Origin: a candidate division WOR-3 bacterium
Lineage (GTDB): Bacteria > Hydrothermota > Hydrothermia > JBDRYB01
DNA: 64,000 nucleotides
NCBI GenBank assembly: GCA_039803205.1
Contig: JBDRYB010000001.1
Coordinates: forward strand, 235,413-299,412
Reading direction: 5' to 3'
How positions within the stretch are numbered: position 1 is the first letter of the stretch; each line of letters opens with the position of its first letter. The position numbers and the translations under genes are program-made. Of this stretch, positions 39,637-49,400 are shown piece after piece. The notes beneath the pieces are model-generated. The model was not told the origin of the DNA and made no database searches. It saw only the letters and a program-made list of their open reading frames with translations.

Positions 39637-39786
39637 TCAAAGCTTTGCCTCCTTGTGTAGGGTGTGGCGCTTGTCCCACTTGCAGTATTTCCTGATCTCT
39701 ATTTTCTGCTTCTTGTCCCTGTGCCGCGTCGCGATATAGTTCCTGCGCTTGCACTCCTGACAAACCAGCACAACCTTAACTCTCAT
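39637..39786 (-). CDS. rpmG: 50S ribosomal protein L33 (absent from the ORF track)
   Basis: MRVKVVLVCQECKRRNY...EIRKYCKWDKRHTLHKEAKL*. Confidence 0.93.
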   Translation of the reverse strand: MRVKVVLVCQECKRRNYIATRHRDKKQKIEIRKYCKWDKRHTLHKEAKL

Positions 39787-39804
39787 GCCTTCTCCATATC
39801 AAAA

Positions 39805-39878
39805 CAGGGCTGGAGGGAGTTGAACCCCCAACCGCCGGATTTGGAATCCGGTGCTCTGGCCAGTTGAGCTACAGCCCT
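39805..39878 (-). tRNA. tRNA-Trp(CCA)
   Basis: AGGGCTG acceptor stem; anticodon arm CCGGA-TTCCAAA-TCCGG; 3' CCA not encoded. Confidence 0.93.
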
Positions 39879-39905
39879 TTGGCTCATATCAAACCTCTCC
39901 TCAAG

Positions 39906-39979
39906 CACCCCCGACAGGATTCGAACCTGTGTCCTACGGTTTAGGAAACCGTCGCTCTATCCTTCTGAGCTACGGGGGC
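39906..39979 (-). tRNA. tRNA-Arg(CCT)
   Basis: GCCCCCG acceptor stem; ACGGT-TTCCTAA-ACCGT; GGTTCGAATCC; 3' CCA not encoded. Confidence 0.93.
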
Positions 39980-40254
39980 TATCCATATCTTATCTCAAAG
40001 TCCAGGAACTCGCTCCCCTGGTCCGGGAGTTCCCGAACATCCATCCTATCAACCCGTGCCGCGGGTGGGCCTTCCTTGGCCCACTCCAGGAACTTCTGCA
40101 AAGCCTCATCCGGACCCTGGACTACCGCGTGGACCCGGCCATCGGGGAGGTTCCTCACAAAGCCATAAAGCCCCAAGCTCCTCGCTACCCTCTGCGCGTG
40201 GTATCTGAAGTTGACGCCCTGCACCAAACCTTCAAAATAGATCTCCACCTTCAT
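39979..40254 (-). CDS. acyP: Acylphosphatase
   Basis: GLVQGVNFR, GFVRNLPDGRV, GPPAARV. Confidence 0.92.
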   Translation of the reverse strand: MKVEIYFEGLVQGVNFRYHAQRVARSLGLYGFVRNLPDGRVHAVVQGPDEALQKFLEWAKEGPPAARVDRMDVRELPDQGSEFLDFEIRYG

Positions 40255-40334
40255 GACCCGGCCGCGAGGTTCATATTATAAAGCAAAAGGGCCTGGAGTT
40301 GCAAGCGCGCGGGCCAGGGCGCGATAATTACTCA

Positions 40335-41888
40335 GTGATACCAAGGGGCTCAGAAAGGCAATACCTGCTCCTCACCGCCTCCACAATTCTGGTATGGTTC
40401 ACTGTCTCACTCGTTTCCCTCCTTCACTTCCCTCCGTGGGATGCCACGGGCGACGAATCCCTGTTTTCGGCTCTCGCTCTCTCAATCTTCCGAGGAAGAA
40501 TGGGCGTTGACTATGCTTTTGGTTCCTATCTCTCAAAAACTGGCTTTGGTATGCTCTCTCCATGGCTCTGGGGCGTGATAATGGGGATCCCGCTGAGGCT
40601 CTTCGGAGAGACTCTCTGGGCCGCGAGGTTCATTTCTACGCTCCTGGCTACGGGGGCCATGGTATTGGTCTTTCTGACAGCAAAAGAGATAGCTGGTCCT
40701 AAAGCCGGTTTTCTGGCGACCATACTGACCGGGCTCGCCCACACATTCTGCAGGTGGGGAGCCCACTCAGCGAGGGCGGAAGGAGCGATCGCCCTCTTCC
40801 TGATGCTCTCGCTCTGGCTCGTTGTTCTCAGCATGATGAGAAAAAAGGCCTGGCTCTCCGCGATAGGGGGGTTCACAGCCACAATTTCCTTACTCGTAAG
40901 GCCTACAGCGCTTTTCATTCTTCCAACGCTGCTCATATTTCTCTTGGTTCAAAAGAGATTCAAGGAATCCGGATTCCTGATCATAGGCGCAATTCTCGCT
41001 GGAATAATAATGCTGTTCACGAACATCCTCCCATACCACGATATGCCCACAGCCGAGGACATAGACAGGATCAATAAGGAGAGGTTTTTCCCGCTGGGAG
41101 TAATAAAAAACCCAAGGAGACTCACGGAGCTCCCCTCTAGATTATGGCAATGCTGTATCTTTCTAACCGGGTATCCTGATAAGGATACCTCTCCCGGACT
41201 ATTGGGCATCCTGAGCCTCTCAGGGGCATTCTTCAAGGAAAGGAGAGCAGGACTCTGGCTCACAGTCTCCCTGGCCCTTTCCCTCGCTGTTTTCATTCCC
41301 TATCTTGCGTTTTTCTACCTATGCTTCGTCGTGCCTCCTCTGGCTGTATTCGCGGCTGGAACCCTTTCAGGTCTGAAAAACAGGCACATAAAATGGCTCC
41401 TGGGGATCATAATCCCGATTCTGCTCATACCATGGGCTAAGTGGCCCAGGGATTTTCTGTGGAACAGGGAAAAGGCAAGGGCATGGCAAGAGGTTGAGAG
41501 GGCAATTCCCCCAGGTGCACGAGTGGTTACAGGGGTCTGGGGATTGTGGTGGCCCCTGCATAAAAAGGCTGTTTTCATCTGGCCCTACGATACCCTCTAC
41601 GCTGAGGGGAGAAAGTCTCCACAGGATCTCGTAAGGGAGACCCACGGAACGCACCTGATCGTGCCAATAGCAGAAAGGCCAGCCCTGCCCCCTCGGGGTT
41701 TTCGCAAAAACGATGACCCTATCCTGAGACTATGGAATATGTATTACGATTACCCTGAGTACGTGAAGGCTCTGTCTGCAGCCGCGGTCGTCAGGGAAGG
41801 ATTCATCCTCGCCAGGATAGTAAGCGGACCGTGGAGGGTTGATTCCCTTTTGATCCTGGAGATCCCAGAAGAAGACCGAGGGCGATGA
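40335..41888 (+). CDS. GT-C membrane glycosyltransferase (ArnT/PMT_2-like)
   Basis: DE motif in the first loop, LFG..LWAARF, many TM helices; probable GTG start at 40335. Confidence 0.75.
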   Translation: MIPRGSERQYLLLTASTILVWFTVSLVSLLHFPPWDATGDESLFSALALSIFRGRMGVDYAFGSYLSKTGFGMLSPWLWGVIMGIPLRLFGETLWAARFISTLLATGAMVLVFLTAKEIAGPKAGFLATILTGLAHTFCRWGAHSARAEGAIALFLMLSLWLVVLSMMRKKAWLSAIGGFTATISLLVRPTALFILPTLLIFLLVQKRFKESGFLIIGAILAGIIMLFTNILPYHDMPTAEDIDRINKERFFPLGVIKNPRRLTELPSRLWQCCIFLTGYPDKDTSPGLLGILSLSGAFFKERRAGLWLTVSLALSLAVFIPYLAFFYLCFVVPPLAVFAAGTLSGLKNRHIKWLLGIIIPILLIPWAKWPRDFLWNREKARAWQEVERAIPPGARVVTGVWGLWWPLHKKAVFIWPYDTLYAEGRKSPQDLVRETHGTHLIVPIAERPALPPRGFRKNDDPILRLWNMYYDYPEYVKALSAAAVVREGFILARIVSGPWRVDSLLILEIPEEDRGR

Positions 41889-42775
41889 TCTGGACCCCTG
41901 GGAGGCTCATTTATTATTTGATATTTGAAACAATAAGAAGAACAGCGAAGCCAGTAAAACTCCCCGTGCCGGTTATATCCGTAGGAAACCTGAGCCTCGG
42001 GGGAACGGGAAAAACTCCCCTCGTAATGCACCTAGCGAGGAGCATTCCAGGAGCCGCTGTCCTCTCAAGGGGATACGGGAGCAAAGGCAAGGGCACGAGG
42101 GAAGTTTTCCCGGATTCTGATCCCCGTGATGTTGGGGATGAGCCCCTGCTCATAAAGAGAAAGACGGACTGCCCTGTTTTCGTCGGCAAGGACAGGGCCG
42201 AATCCGGACGGGTGGCCTCCGGGCGCGGGGCCAAGGCTCTCATACTTGATGATGGGTTCCAATACTGGGGAATCTTGAAAGATGCCGAGATAGTGATCCT
42301 ATCAGCGAGAGATCTCTCAGCCGGGGTTCACCTCCTGCCGTGGGGGAAATGGAGAGAACCCTTATCAGCACTGAAAAGGGCAAGTATCGTCATCCTGAAT
42401 TACAAGCTGGAGCCCATACCGGATGATCTGCCTGAGCTTGGGATGAAAACAGCGGCCATGCGCTACAGGCCAGCGATTGACTTAACGGGGAAGAGGGTCT
42501 TTGGCTTCTGTGGGCTCGGGGATAACGGATCTTTCAGGCAAACCCTCTCAGCCGCTGGCGCAGAAGTGGCGGGTTTCATTGGGTTTCCTGACCACCACTT
42601 CTACACCCGAAAAGAAGCCGAGCGCATTCTCAGGCTAGCCCGGGAACGGGATGCTATACCCGCCACATCCTCAAAGGACATGGTCAGGGTTCCTCCGGAG
42701 TTTGCCGGGGAAATGCTTGAGGTAGAAATAAAAGTTGAACTTCAGCCCCCATCCAGTTTATCATTTTCCCTATGA
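41885..42775 (+). CDS. lpxK: Tetraacyldisaccharide 4'-kinase
   Basis: VGNLSLGGTGKTP, SRGYG, GDEP, LDDGFQ, FPDHH. Confidence 0.93.
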   Translation: MIWTPGRLIYYLIFETIRRTAKPVKLPVPVISVGNLSLGGTGKTPLVMHLARSIPGAAVLSRGYGSKGKGTREVFPDSDPRDVGDEPLLIKRKTDCPVFVGKDRAESGRVASGRGAKALILDDGFQYWGILKDAEIVILSARDLSAGVHLLPWGKWREPLSALKRASIVILNYKLEPIPDDLPELGMKTAAMRYRPAIDLTGKRVFGFCGLGDNGSFRQTLSAAGAEVAGFIGFPDHHFYTRKEAERILRLARERDAIPATSSKDMVRVPPEFAGEMLEVEIKVELQPPSSLSFSL

Positions 42776-44328
42776 TTGGGTTGATATTTTTTATGCTCTC
42801 GCAGACCGACACCAGGGACATATACAACAAGGCCATGGACCTATACAACCAAGGGGACTACGAGGCCGCGATCCGAGAGCTCAAGAGGGCCATAGCTGAG
42901 TCCCCGGATTCTTCTTATCTTCACGAGGCCTTGGGCGATATTTACTATGATATGGAGGACTATGAGGAATCCCTATCGGAATACCTGAGGGCACTTGAGC
43001 TTGATCCGGAGAACTCTGACGCGGCCTTCGGTGCGGCCTACATTTACCAGCAGTGGGAGATGTATGACTCAGCCAGGTATTATTACAGGCTCTCCATTAG
43101 GATAGAACCATCTGACCCAGGCGCCCATCTGAACCTGGGAAATGTGCTGTGGGACATGGGGGATATGAGGGGCGCTGAGGCAGAATACCGGGAGGCGCTG
43201 AGGCTTGAACCAACATACCAGAAGGCCCATTACAATCTCGCCCTTCTATACGAAAACCTCAGAAGGTATAGCCTCGCTGAAATCCATTACCTCGCCGCTA
43301 TTGATTCTGATCCAGAGGATTACGATAGCAGGTGGAACCTGACTGTTCTCTACGAGAAACAGGAGAGGTATCTGGAGGCCGAGGAACAGCTGGAAACCCT
43401 CCTGGAATATTATCCGGATAACCTGAACGTTCTCTACAAGCTCGGAACCGTCAAGGAGAAACTGGGCAATAAAGAGGGAGCAAAAGAGATTTACATGAAG
43501 ATAATATCAGATGATCCCTCGTATGGTGAAGCATATTACAGGATGGCGGTTCTGCTCGGCGCGGCAGGGGAATCCGACGAGTGGTCAGGGGAGGAGCTGG
43601 GGGTCTTCCAGGGTAGCAAAGAGCTCCCTCCATTCTGGGGCATAGGCGGCACATACGATTCGCGCTATTACCAGAGGTATGATTACAAGGATACCATAAT
43701 AAAAACCGACATCCCAGCCGCGCAGGCCTACGCTTGGTGGGGAAAATACATAGGCACGAACATGGCCACCTACATAGATGTGGGGGCAAACTACCCGACG
43801 AAGTTCCGCGGGGCTGAGGGTTATGGGGACCTGGACAACTACGAGCTCTCGTGGGAGCTGCTCAGATACTTTGAGGGTTGGACATTTGACTTCGGCCTCC
43901 GGAGCAGGTATTACCCGAAGCTCCTCTCAAACCTCTGGGAGAAATCCCTATACACGAGGCTCGTTGGTGGTGCCTATATATTCTTCCCGTGGGTTGAGCT
44001 GGACATATTCTCTGTTTGGAACCCTCAACGGCGCTACCTGCGCGAGGCCTTCTGGTGGGAAACGAGCCTCTCGGAGGACATGAAGCACGGGGAATTCAAG
44101 AGCGACCTCTCCTTCTGGCAAAGGTGGGACACCGAGAACGACCACAACGGCAAGGCAACATTTGAACTGGACGGAATGTCGGTCTCATACAAGTTCAGCT
44201 ACAATAAATGGGGGTTCTCAGCGGGCATAGGCGTTGGGTATTATTGGTATCGTCCGCTTTCAAAGCCCGTCCACAGCGACCCCTCGCCAGGGCCGTTTTA
44301 CTTCTTCACCGCGAGCTACTCCAAATAA
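42772..44328 (+). CDS. TPR protein with aromatic beta-strand-rich C-terminal domain
   Basis: About 7 TPRs, then alternating aromatic strands. Confidence 0.75.
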   Translation: MIGLIFFMLSQTDTRDIYNKAMDLYNQGDYEAAIRELKRAIAESPDSSYLHEALGDIYYDMEDYEESLSEYLRALELDPENSDAAFGAAYIYQQWEMYDSARYYYRLSIRIEPSDPGAHLNLGNVLWDMGDMRGAEAEYREALRLEPTYQKAHYNLALLYENLRRYSLAEIHYLAAIDSDPEDYDSRWNLTVLYEKQERYLEAEEQLETLLEYYPDNLNVLYKLGTVKEKLGNKEGAKEIYMKIISDDPSYGEAYYRMAVLLGAAGESDEWSGEELGVFQGSKELPPFWGIGGTYDSRYYQRYDYKDTIIKTDIPAAQAYAWWGKYIGTNMATYIDVGANYPTKFRGAEGYGDLDNYELSWELLRYFEGWTFDFGLRSRYYPKLLSNLWEKSLYTRLVGGAYIFFPWVELDIFSVWNPQRRYLREAFWWETSLSEDMKHGEFKSDLSFWQRWDTENDHNGKATFELDGMSVSYKFSYNKWGFSAGIGVGYYWYRPLSKPVHSDPSPGPFYFFTASYSK

Positions 44329-44331
44329 GGT

Positions 44332-45084
44332 TTGAGGAGATACGAATACAGGGTTCCCGATTCCCATCTCAATCTTCACTACACCCTTTTTTCCGGCCAG
44401 TGTTTTGGCTGGGACGCGGATAAGGATGGTTTTCGGGGATTTTTCAGGTGGAAAGGGGCAACGCGCGGGGCAAGCCTCAGAAGAAAAGGGGAGATGATCC
44501 TCAGCGAGACCGACGCCCCGGAGGATTGGTTCTGGGAGTATTTCAACCTCAGCATAAACATAAACGATGTCTACGCCAGCTTCCCAAACGATCCGAAGCT
44601 AAATGAGGCAGTAAAGAGGTTCAGGGGCATGAGGGTTCTCAGACAAGACCCCTGGGAGGTCACGGTCTCGTTCGTGATATCCCAGAACAACAACATAAAG
44701 CGCATAAGGCTCATCCTGAGACGAATGATCAGCGAGTTCGGAAGGTTCCCGGAGCCTGAGGACCTCGCATCCGAGGATGCCCTTTTGAGGCTGGGGCTCG
44801 GATACAGGGCAAGGTATCTCGTGAGAATATCAGAGAAGGTCCTCAGAGGGGAGTTTAACCCTGAGACGCACCAGAGCAAGGCGAGTCTTCTCTGTCTTCC
44901 CGGGGTCGGCGAGAAGGTCGCCCGTTGCATTCTTCTTTACGGATATGGAGAAAACTCCGCCTTCCCGATTGACAGGTGGATAAAGAGGTTTGGGGGCCCT
45001 AAAATTGATTACGGGCCTTACGCTGGCTGGGCACAACTCTATCTCTATGTAATGGCAAGAGAGGGGGTCAGAGAGCCGGGTTAG
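44332..45084 (+). CDS. 8-oxoguanine DNA glycosylase (OGG1-like)
   Basis: SGQCFGW, LRQDPWE..SFVISQNNNIKRI, GLGYRA, GVGEKVA, FPID. Confidence 0.85.
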   Translation: MRRYEYRVPDSHLNLHYTLFSGQCFGWDADKDGFRGFFRWKGATRGASLRRKGEMILSETDAPEDWFWEYFNLSININDVYASFPNDPKLNEAVKRFRGMRVLRQDPWEVTVSFVISQNNNIKRIRLILRRMISEFGRFPEPEDLASEDALLRLGLGYRARYLVRISEKVLRGEFNPETHQSKASLLCLPGVGEKVARCILLYGYGENSAFPIDRWIKRFGGPKIDYGPYAGWAQLYLYVMAREGVREPG

Positions 45085-45085
45085 C

Positions 45086-45418
45086 TTACCTGGATAACCT
45101 CACTCCCCACCATCCCCCCTCCCACTCAGGCTCCCCTTTCCTCCTGTAGGCCCCCGAAATGGACCTCCCGTCCTCTGAGAGAACGAAAAAACCATCTCCT
45201 TCCCCATCAGGGTCCTCCCAGGTGAAATACAGGGTGTCTCTTCTGATCCTGCCCTCAAGCGAACCCAGCTCTGAGCGATATGTTCCCCTAACCCGATCGC
45301 GCTCCTGAACCAAGTGCATGTAGCCAAAAGGGGTATCCCACATGCCTGAGAAATCCCGGTGTTTCTGGGGCGCTTCTTGACACGAAATAAGGAATGCCAA
45401 GAGGAAGATCTTCCGCAA
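45086..45418 (-). CDS. Small hypothetical lipoprotein
   Basis: (M)RKIFLLAFLISC; FSGMWDTPFG; TTG at 45418 downstream of TATAAT. Confidence 0.6.
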   Translation of the reverse strand: MRKIFLLAFLISCQEAPQKHRDFSGMWDTPFGYMHLVQERDRVRGTYRSELGSLEGRIRRDTLYFTWEDPDGEGDGFFVLSEDGRSISGAYRRKGEPEWEGGWWGVRLSR

Positions 45419-45518
45419 CCCTGATATTATAAGGCATTTCACGCGCGCGAGACCTCGTTCCGCGCCAGAGGGGAGCCTTGTGGCTAGCGCGCGAATTGAG
45501 TTATAATTTCTTAAGGAT

Positions 45519-46448
45519 ATGAAAATCGGCATAGTTGGCGCTGGAAAGGTGGGGCTCAGCCTCGCGGGCGCGCTCTCAGAAAGGGGTCAGGATGTAATCC
45601 TGCTCTCAGAGCACTACGGGGGGACACTCCCGTTTCTCAGGCGAAGGGACGCGAGGGGGTTCCTCGAGAGGTGCGATGGGGTTATAATCTCGGTGAGGGA
45701 CAGGGATATAGGAAGCACATCTGAGTATCTGGCATCAGCCGGGGCAGATGTAAAGGGCAAGGCCTTCCTCCACACCGCTGGAGCGCTGGACCCTTCGGTT
45801 CTCAGCCCCCTCAAAGCCAAAGGCTCAGCAGTCGGAGTCATGCACCCTATCCAGAGCTTTCCCAGGCCTGATCCTGGTCTCATAGCCGGAATATACATGG
45901 GGATCTCAGGAGACGACGAGGCAATATCCCTCGCTGGGCAAGTGGCCAGCACCCTGGGGTGCAAAACGATACGGGTAAAAGACCACGCGCTTTATCACGC
46001 GGCTTGCGTTATGTCAGCTGGCTTCATAGGGACCCTCATCAAGCTGGCGGCCAGGGTCATATCTGAGGCCTCGGATGGGGATTGGCGCGCTGTAATTCCG
46101 ATGGCCGAAAGAACCCTTAAAAACATTGAGGAAATGGGACCGGAGAGGGCATTAACCGGCCCTCAGATAAGGGGAGATTGGGAAACGGTTTCCGCGCACA
46201 TGCGGAAACTGCGCGCGTTTGATCCGGGCCTCGCCCTGCTTTATAATCTGCTCTCCGCGGAAATGACCGAAAAAGAGAAAGGCGGGCTTGATCCCGTGCT
46301 CCTCAGCGTCCTCGCTTGCCCGAAGTGCAAAGGAGAGCTGGAATACAGAAAAGATGATTCTGCCCTCATATGCCACAATTGCAGGCTCAGGTTCAGGATA
46401 GAGGACGGGATACCGATAATGCTAATAAGCGAGGCAGAGAGCTTCTGA
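45519..46448 (+). CDS. Rossmann-like/DUF2520 oxidoreductase fused to a Trm112-like domain
   Basis: GAGKVG, HTAGA, HPIQSF, YHAA, ALTGP.RGD; C-terminal LACPKCKG...CHNC...IEDGIPIML. Confidence 0.8.
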   Translation: MKIGIVGAGKVGLSLAGALSERGQDVILLSEHYGGTLPFLRRRDARGFLERCDGVIISVRDRDIGSTSEYLASAGADVKGKAFLHTAGALDPSVLSPLKAKGSAVGVMHPIQSFPRPDPGLIAGIYMGISGDDEAISLAGQVASTLGCKTIRVKDHALYHAACVMSAGFIGTLIKLAARVISEASDGDWRAVIPMAERTLKNIEEMGPERALTGPQIRGDWETVSAHMRKLRAFDPGLALLYNLLSAEMTEKEKGGLDPVLLSVLACPKCKGELEYRKDDSALICHNCRLRFRIEDGIPIMLISEAESF

Positions 46449-49400
46449 TGAGCTGGGTGTGGACCTTTATCCTCGCTCATGGCATAAGCCCCCTGATCCC
46501 CGATCAACCTAGCAAGAGAGCATCCCAGACGATCCCTTCGCGAACCACCGGAGATTCTGCCGAGATAACAATACTATCCTCGGATGAGAACAAATTGGTC
46601 TTCGCGGTTGATTTCCCTCCCGCGCAATACCAGGCCGAAACCCTGAACGGAAAACCCTATCTGAGATTCAAGGATGGGGGTTGGGGCGAGGCTGGCGAAC
46701 CCGACCTTCCGGCTCGCCTGGTGAGCTTCGCGGTCCCGAGGGGAAAATCCCCAAAGATAAGGGCAATAGCAACGGATCAGACGAGCTTCCAGGGCCCCCC
46801 TCCCCTCCCCTGCCCCAGGTATATCCACGACGGCCTTACGCCAGTATACGAGGCCAAGGATTACAAAACCCCTTGGCCAGCAAAGCCGTGGAGGATCTTA
46901 GCTCAGGGCCTCATGCGCCACCTTAAATACACGAGCATCCTCCTTTATCCGTGCTCATATAACGGGGGATCATACACATACGCGAGGAGGATGAGGGTTG
47001 AGGTTGAGTTCATCCCGGAGGATGATGGCCTCGTGCCGTTCTCAGGCTACGATCCCTTTGACGAGATATACGGCCTCAGGTTCATCAACTGGAAGGACCA
47101 GGCCTCCTGGAAGGCCGCTCTACCAACCAAAAAAGACATCCAGGACCCGTTCTCATCAGCACAAGCCTGGATCAAGGTCTCAGTTACGGAGCCTGGGGTC
47201 TACGAGGTGAGATACGAGGACATGATCGGCCTCGGGCTTTCCCCAGCGCTCTTATCCGATCCCAACAAGCTGGCTGTTTTTTCTCTGGGTAACGACACCA
47301 TGCGCTCCGACACGGGGCACATGGAGGTGGTCTTCTCAGAGGTGGCGGCGAGGGTTGACGACGCTGGGGACGGGGTCTTCGGCCCAGGGGACAGGGTTCT
47401 CTTCTACGCGCAGGGTATCCCTGACAGGAGATACAATGCCGTAGACAGGTATTTTGAATACTGGAACCATCCCTACACGGACACGGTTGTCTACTGGATA
47501 GCGGTTGGATACACGGGAATTCCGAAAAGGGCTCCGTCAAAGGACGCGAGGCCTATTGGGGCCCTAACATGCTCAACTAATACGGGTTACCTTCACCACG
47601 AGAGGAACAAACTGAACCTCGGGCAAAAGGGGATAATCTGGGTTGATGACTCTGTGCTCTCGCTACCCCAGAGCTCATCTTTCGCGGATTACCCCTTTGA
47701 GATGGAGTGCTTGGGGGTGAACGATGGGACCGGAAGCGTGTTTTTGGCGCTTGTCGGAAAGGATAACCAGGAGCTCGGAGCGGCCACATATCAGGTATGG
47801 GTTAACGGCCAGATGGTAGGCCAGTCCTCCACTGCGGCTGGAATGAGGAGGTTTTACAGGGTATCCGTGAGCAACCTGAGGGAAGGCCAAAACACCATAA
47901 CGATCCGCCTGATAAGAACGGACAGCTACGCTAAGGAGGTCTACCTTGACTTCATTGACCTCCAGTATTCCAAAAAGAACGAATACGGGAGCCAGGGCAA
48001 TCTCTTCTTCCCGGATAACGGATTCAACGGCAATTACAAGCTAAAAGCCAGTGGGCCGAGGCCTGTGTTCCTCTGGGATGTGAGCGATCCCTTTAACCCA
48101 GTGGTCCTCAGAAACTTCGCTTGGAACGACGGCCATCTTGAGTTTTCGGACTCCCTATTCCCGGGAAAGAGGTTATGGCTCTCCTGTTCAGCAAAAAGGC
48201 CCGTGAAACTATCCCTCCTTGACCTATCCGTGAACCTATGGGACAGAGGGAATCGGGCAGACTACATAATCTGCGGTCCAGACGCGCTCATGGAGCCCTG
48301 CCGTGCCCTCGTTGATTGGCGCGGGGAGCACCTATGGCTCTGGGCTGACAACCTCTGGAAAATGGGATCCGGGGCCGTCAAATATGTGAGGCTTGAGGAT
48401 GTCTATGACCAATTCGGGTTCGGAATGAGGGATCCCGTCGCTATAAGGAATTTTTACTGGTATGCTTATGCTTACTGGCAGGCCCCTCAGATAACATACT
48501 TCGTGAACATGGGCGATGGCAGTTATGATTACAAGGGCTACAGGACAACCGAGGGGAACATGTTTCCTCCTTGGAACCCGCGGGAGTCATACAGCCTGAA
48601 CTCCGGCCCCTGGACCCACGAGGACTTCTACTTTGATTTTGACGGGGACAACTTCCAGGATGTCCTTTATGGCCGCGTCACGGCCAGGAACGCCAAGGAG
48701 GCGTGGGACTATGTTGTCAAGATGAAGCGCTACGAGCGCGGGGAGGCGAACGGGCCCTGGAGGAACAGGGTGCTTTTGGTTCCGGACGACGAGTATTACG
48801 ATGGGCAACAGGATGGGATCTCGGACCACTGGACTAACGCTGATGACATTCAGAGAAACCACACGCCCCGTAGCCTTGAGGTGAGGCACTGCTACGGGAT
48901 TGAGTATCCCATGAGGGGAGGCATGAAGCCTGAGTGGACGGATGACTTCATAAGGTATTTCAACGAGGGCAACCTGCTGATAACCATGTTCGTTCACGGC
49001 TCCCCCACCCAGATCACGCACGAAAGGCTTTATCTCCTCGCAACGGACAGGGAGAGGATAAACGCTGGCCCACGAAACGCTCTGATCATGGTTCTCTCCT
49101 GCAAGGTCGGCATATTTGAACGCATTGATCCCCCCCACTGCATAGGAGAGGAGTGGGCCATAAGGCCGGACGGGGCCATAGGGGTGATCTCAACCCTGGC
49201 AGAGGCAACCAGCGGGGCCAACAGGATGTATGCCAGGGGGATGTATGATCTCCTCTCGGATTACAGCCCTCACCCAGCGGGCGAGGTTGAGCTGGCTGGC
49301 AAAAACGACCCCTCCTATTATTTGGCGGGGGAGCCCTGCGTCCCCATCCGTTTCCCCCCGCCAGAGCTCGCTCTAATTGCCCCCGATACCCTGACCCCGG

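Noticed and set aside
39437..39763. 108-aa SecE as given in the ORF track
   Set aside because: The N-terminal part is an out-of-frame read of rpmG; secE starts at 39634
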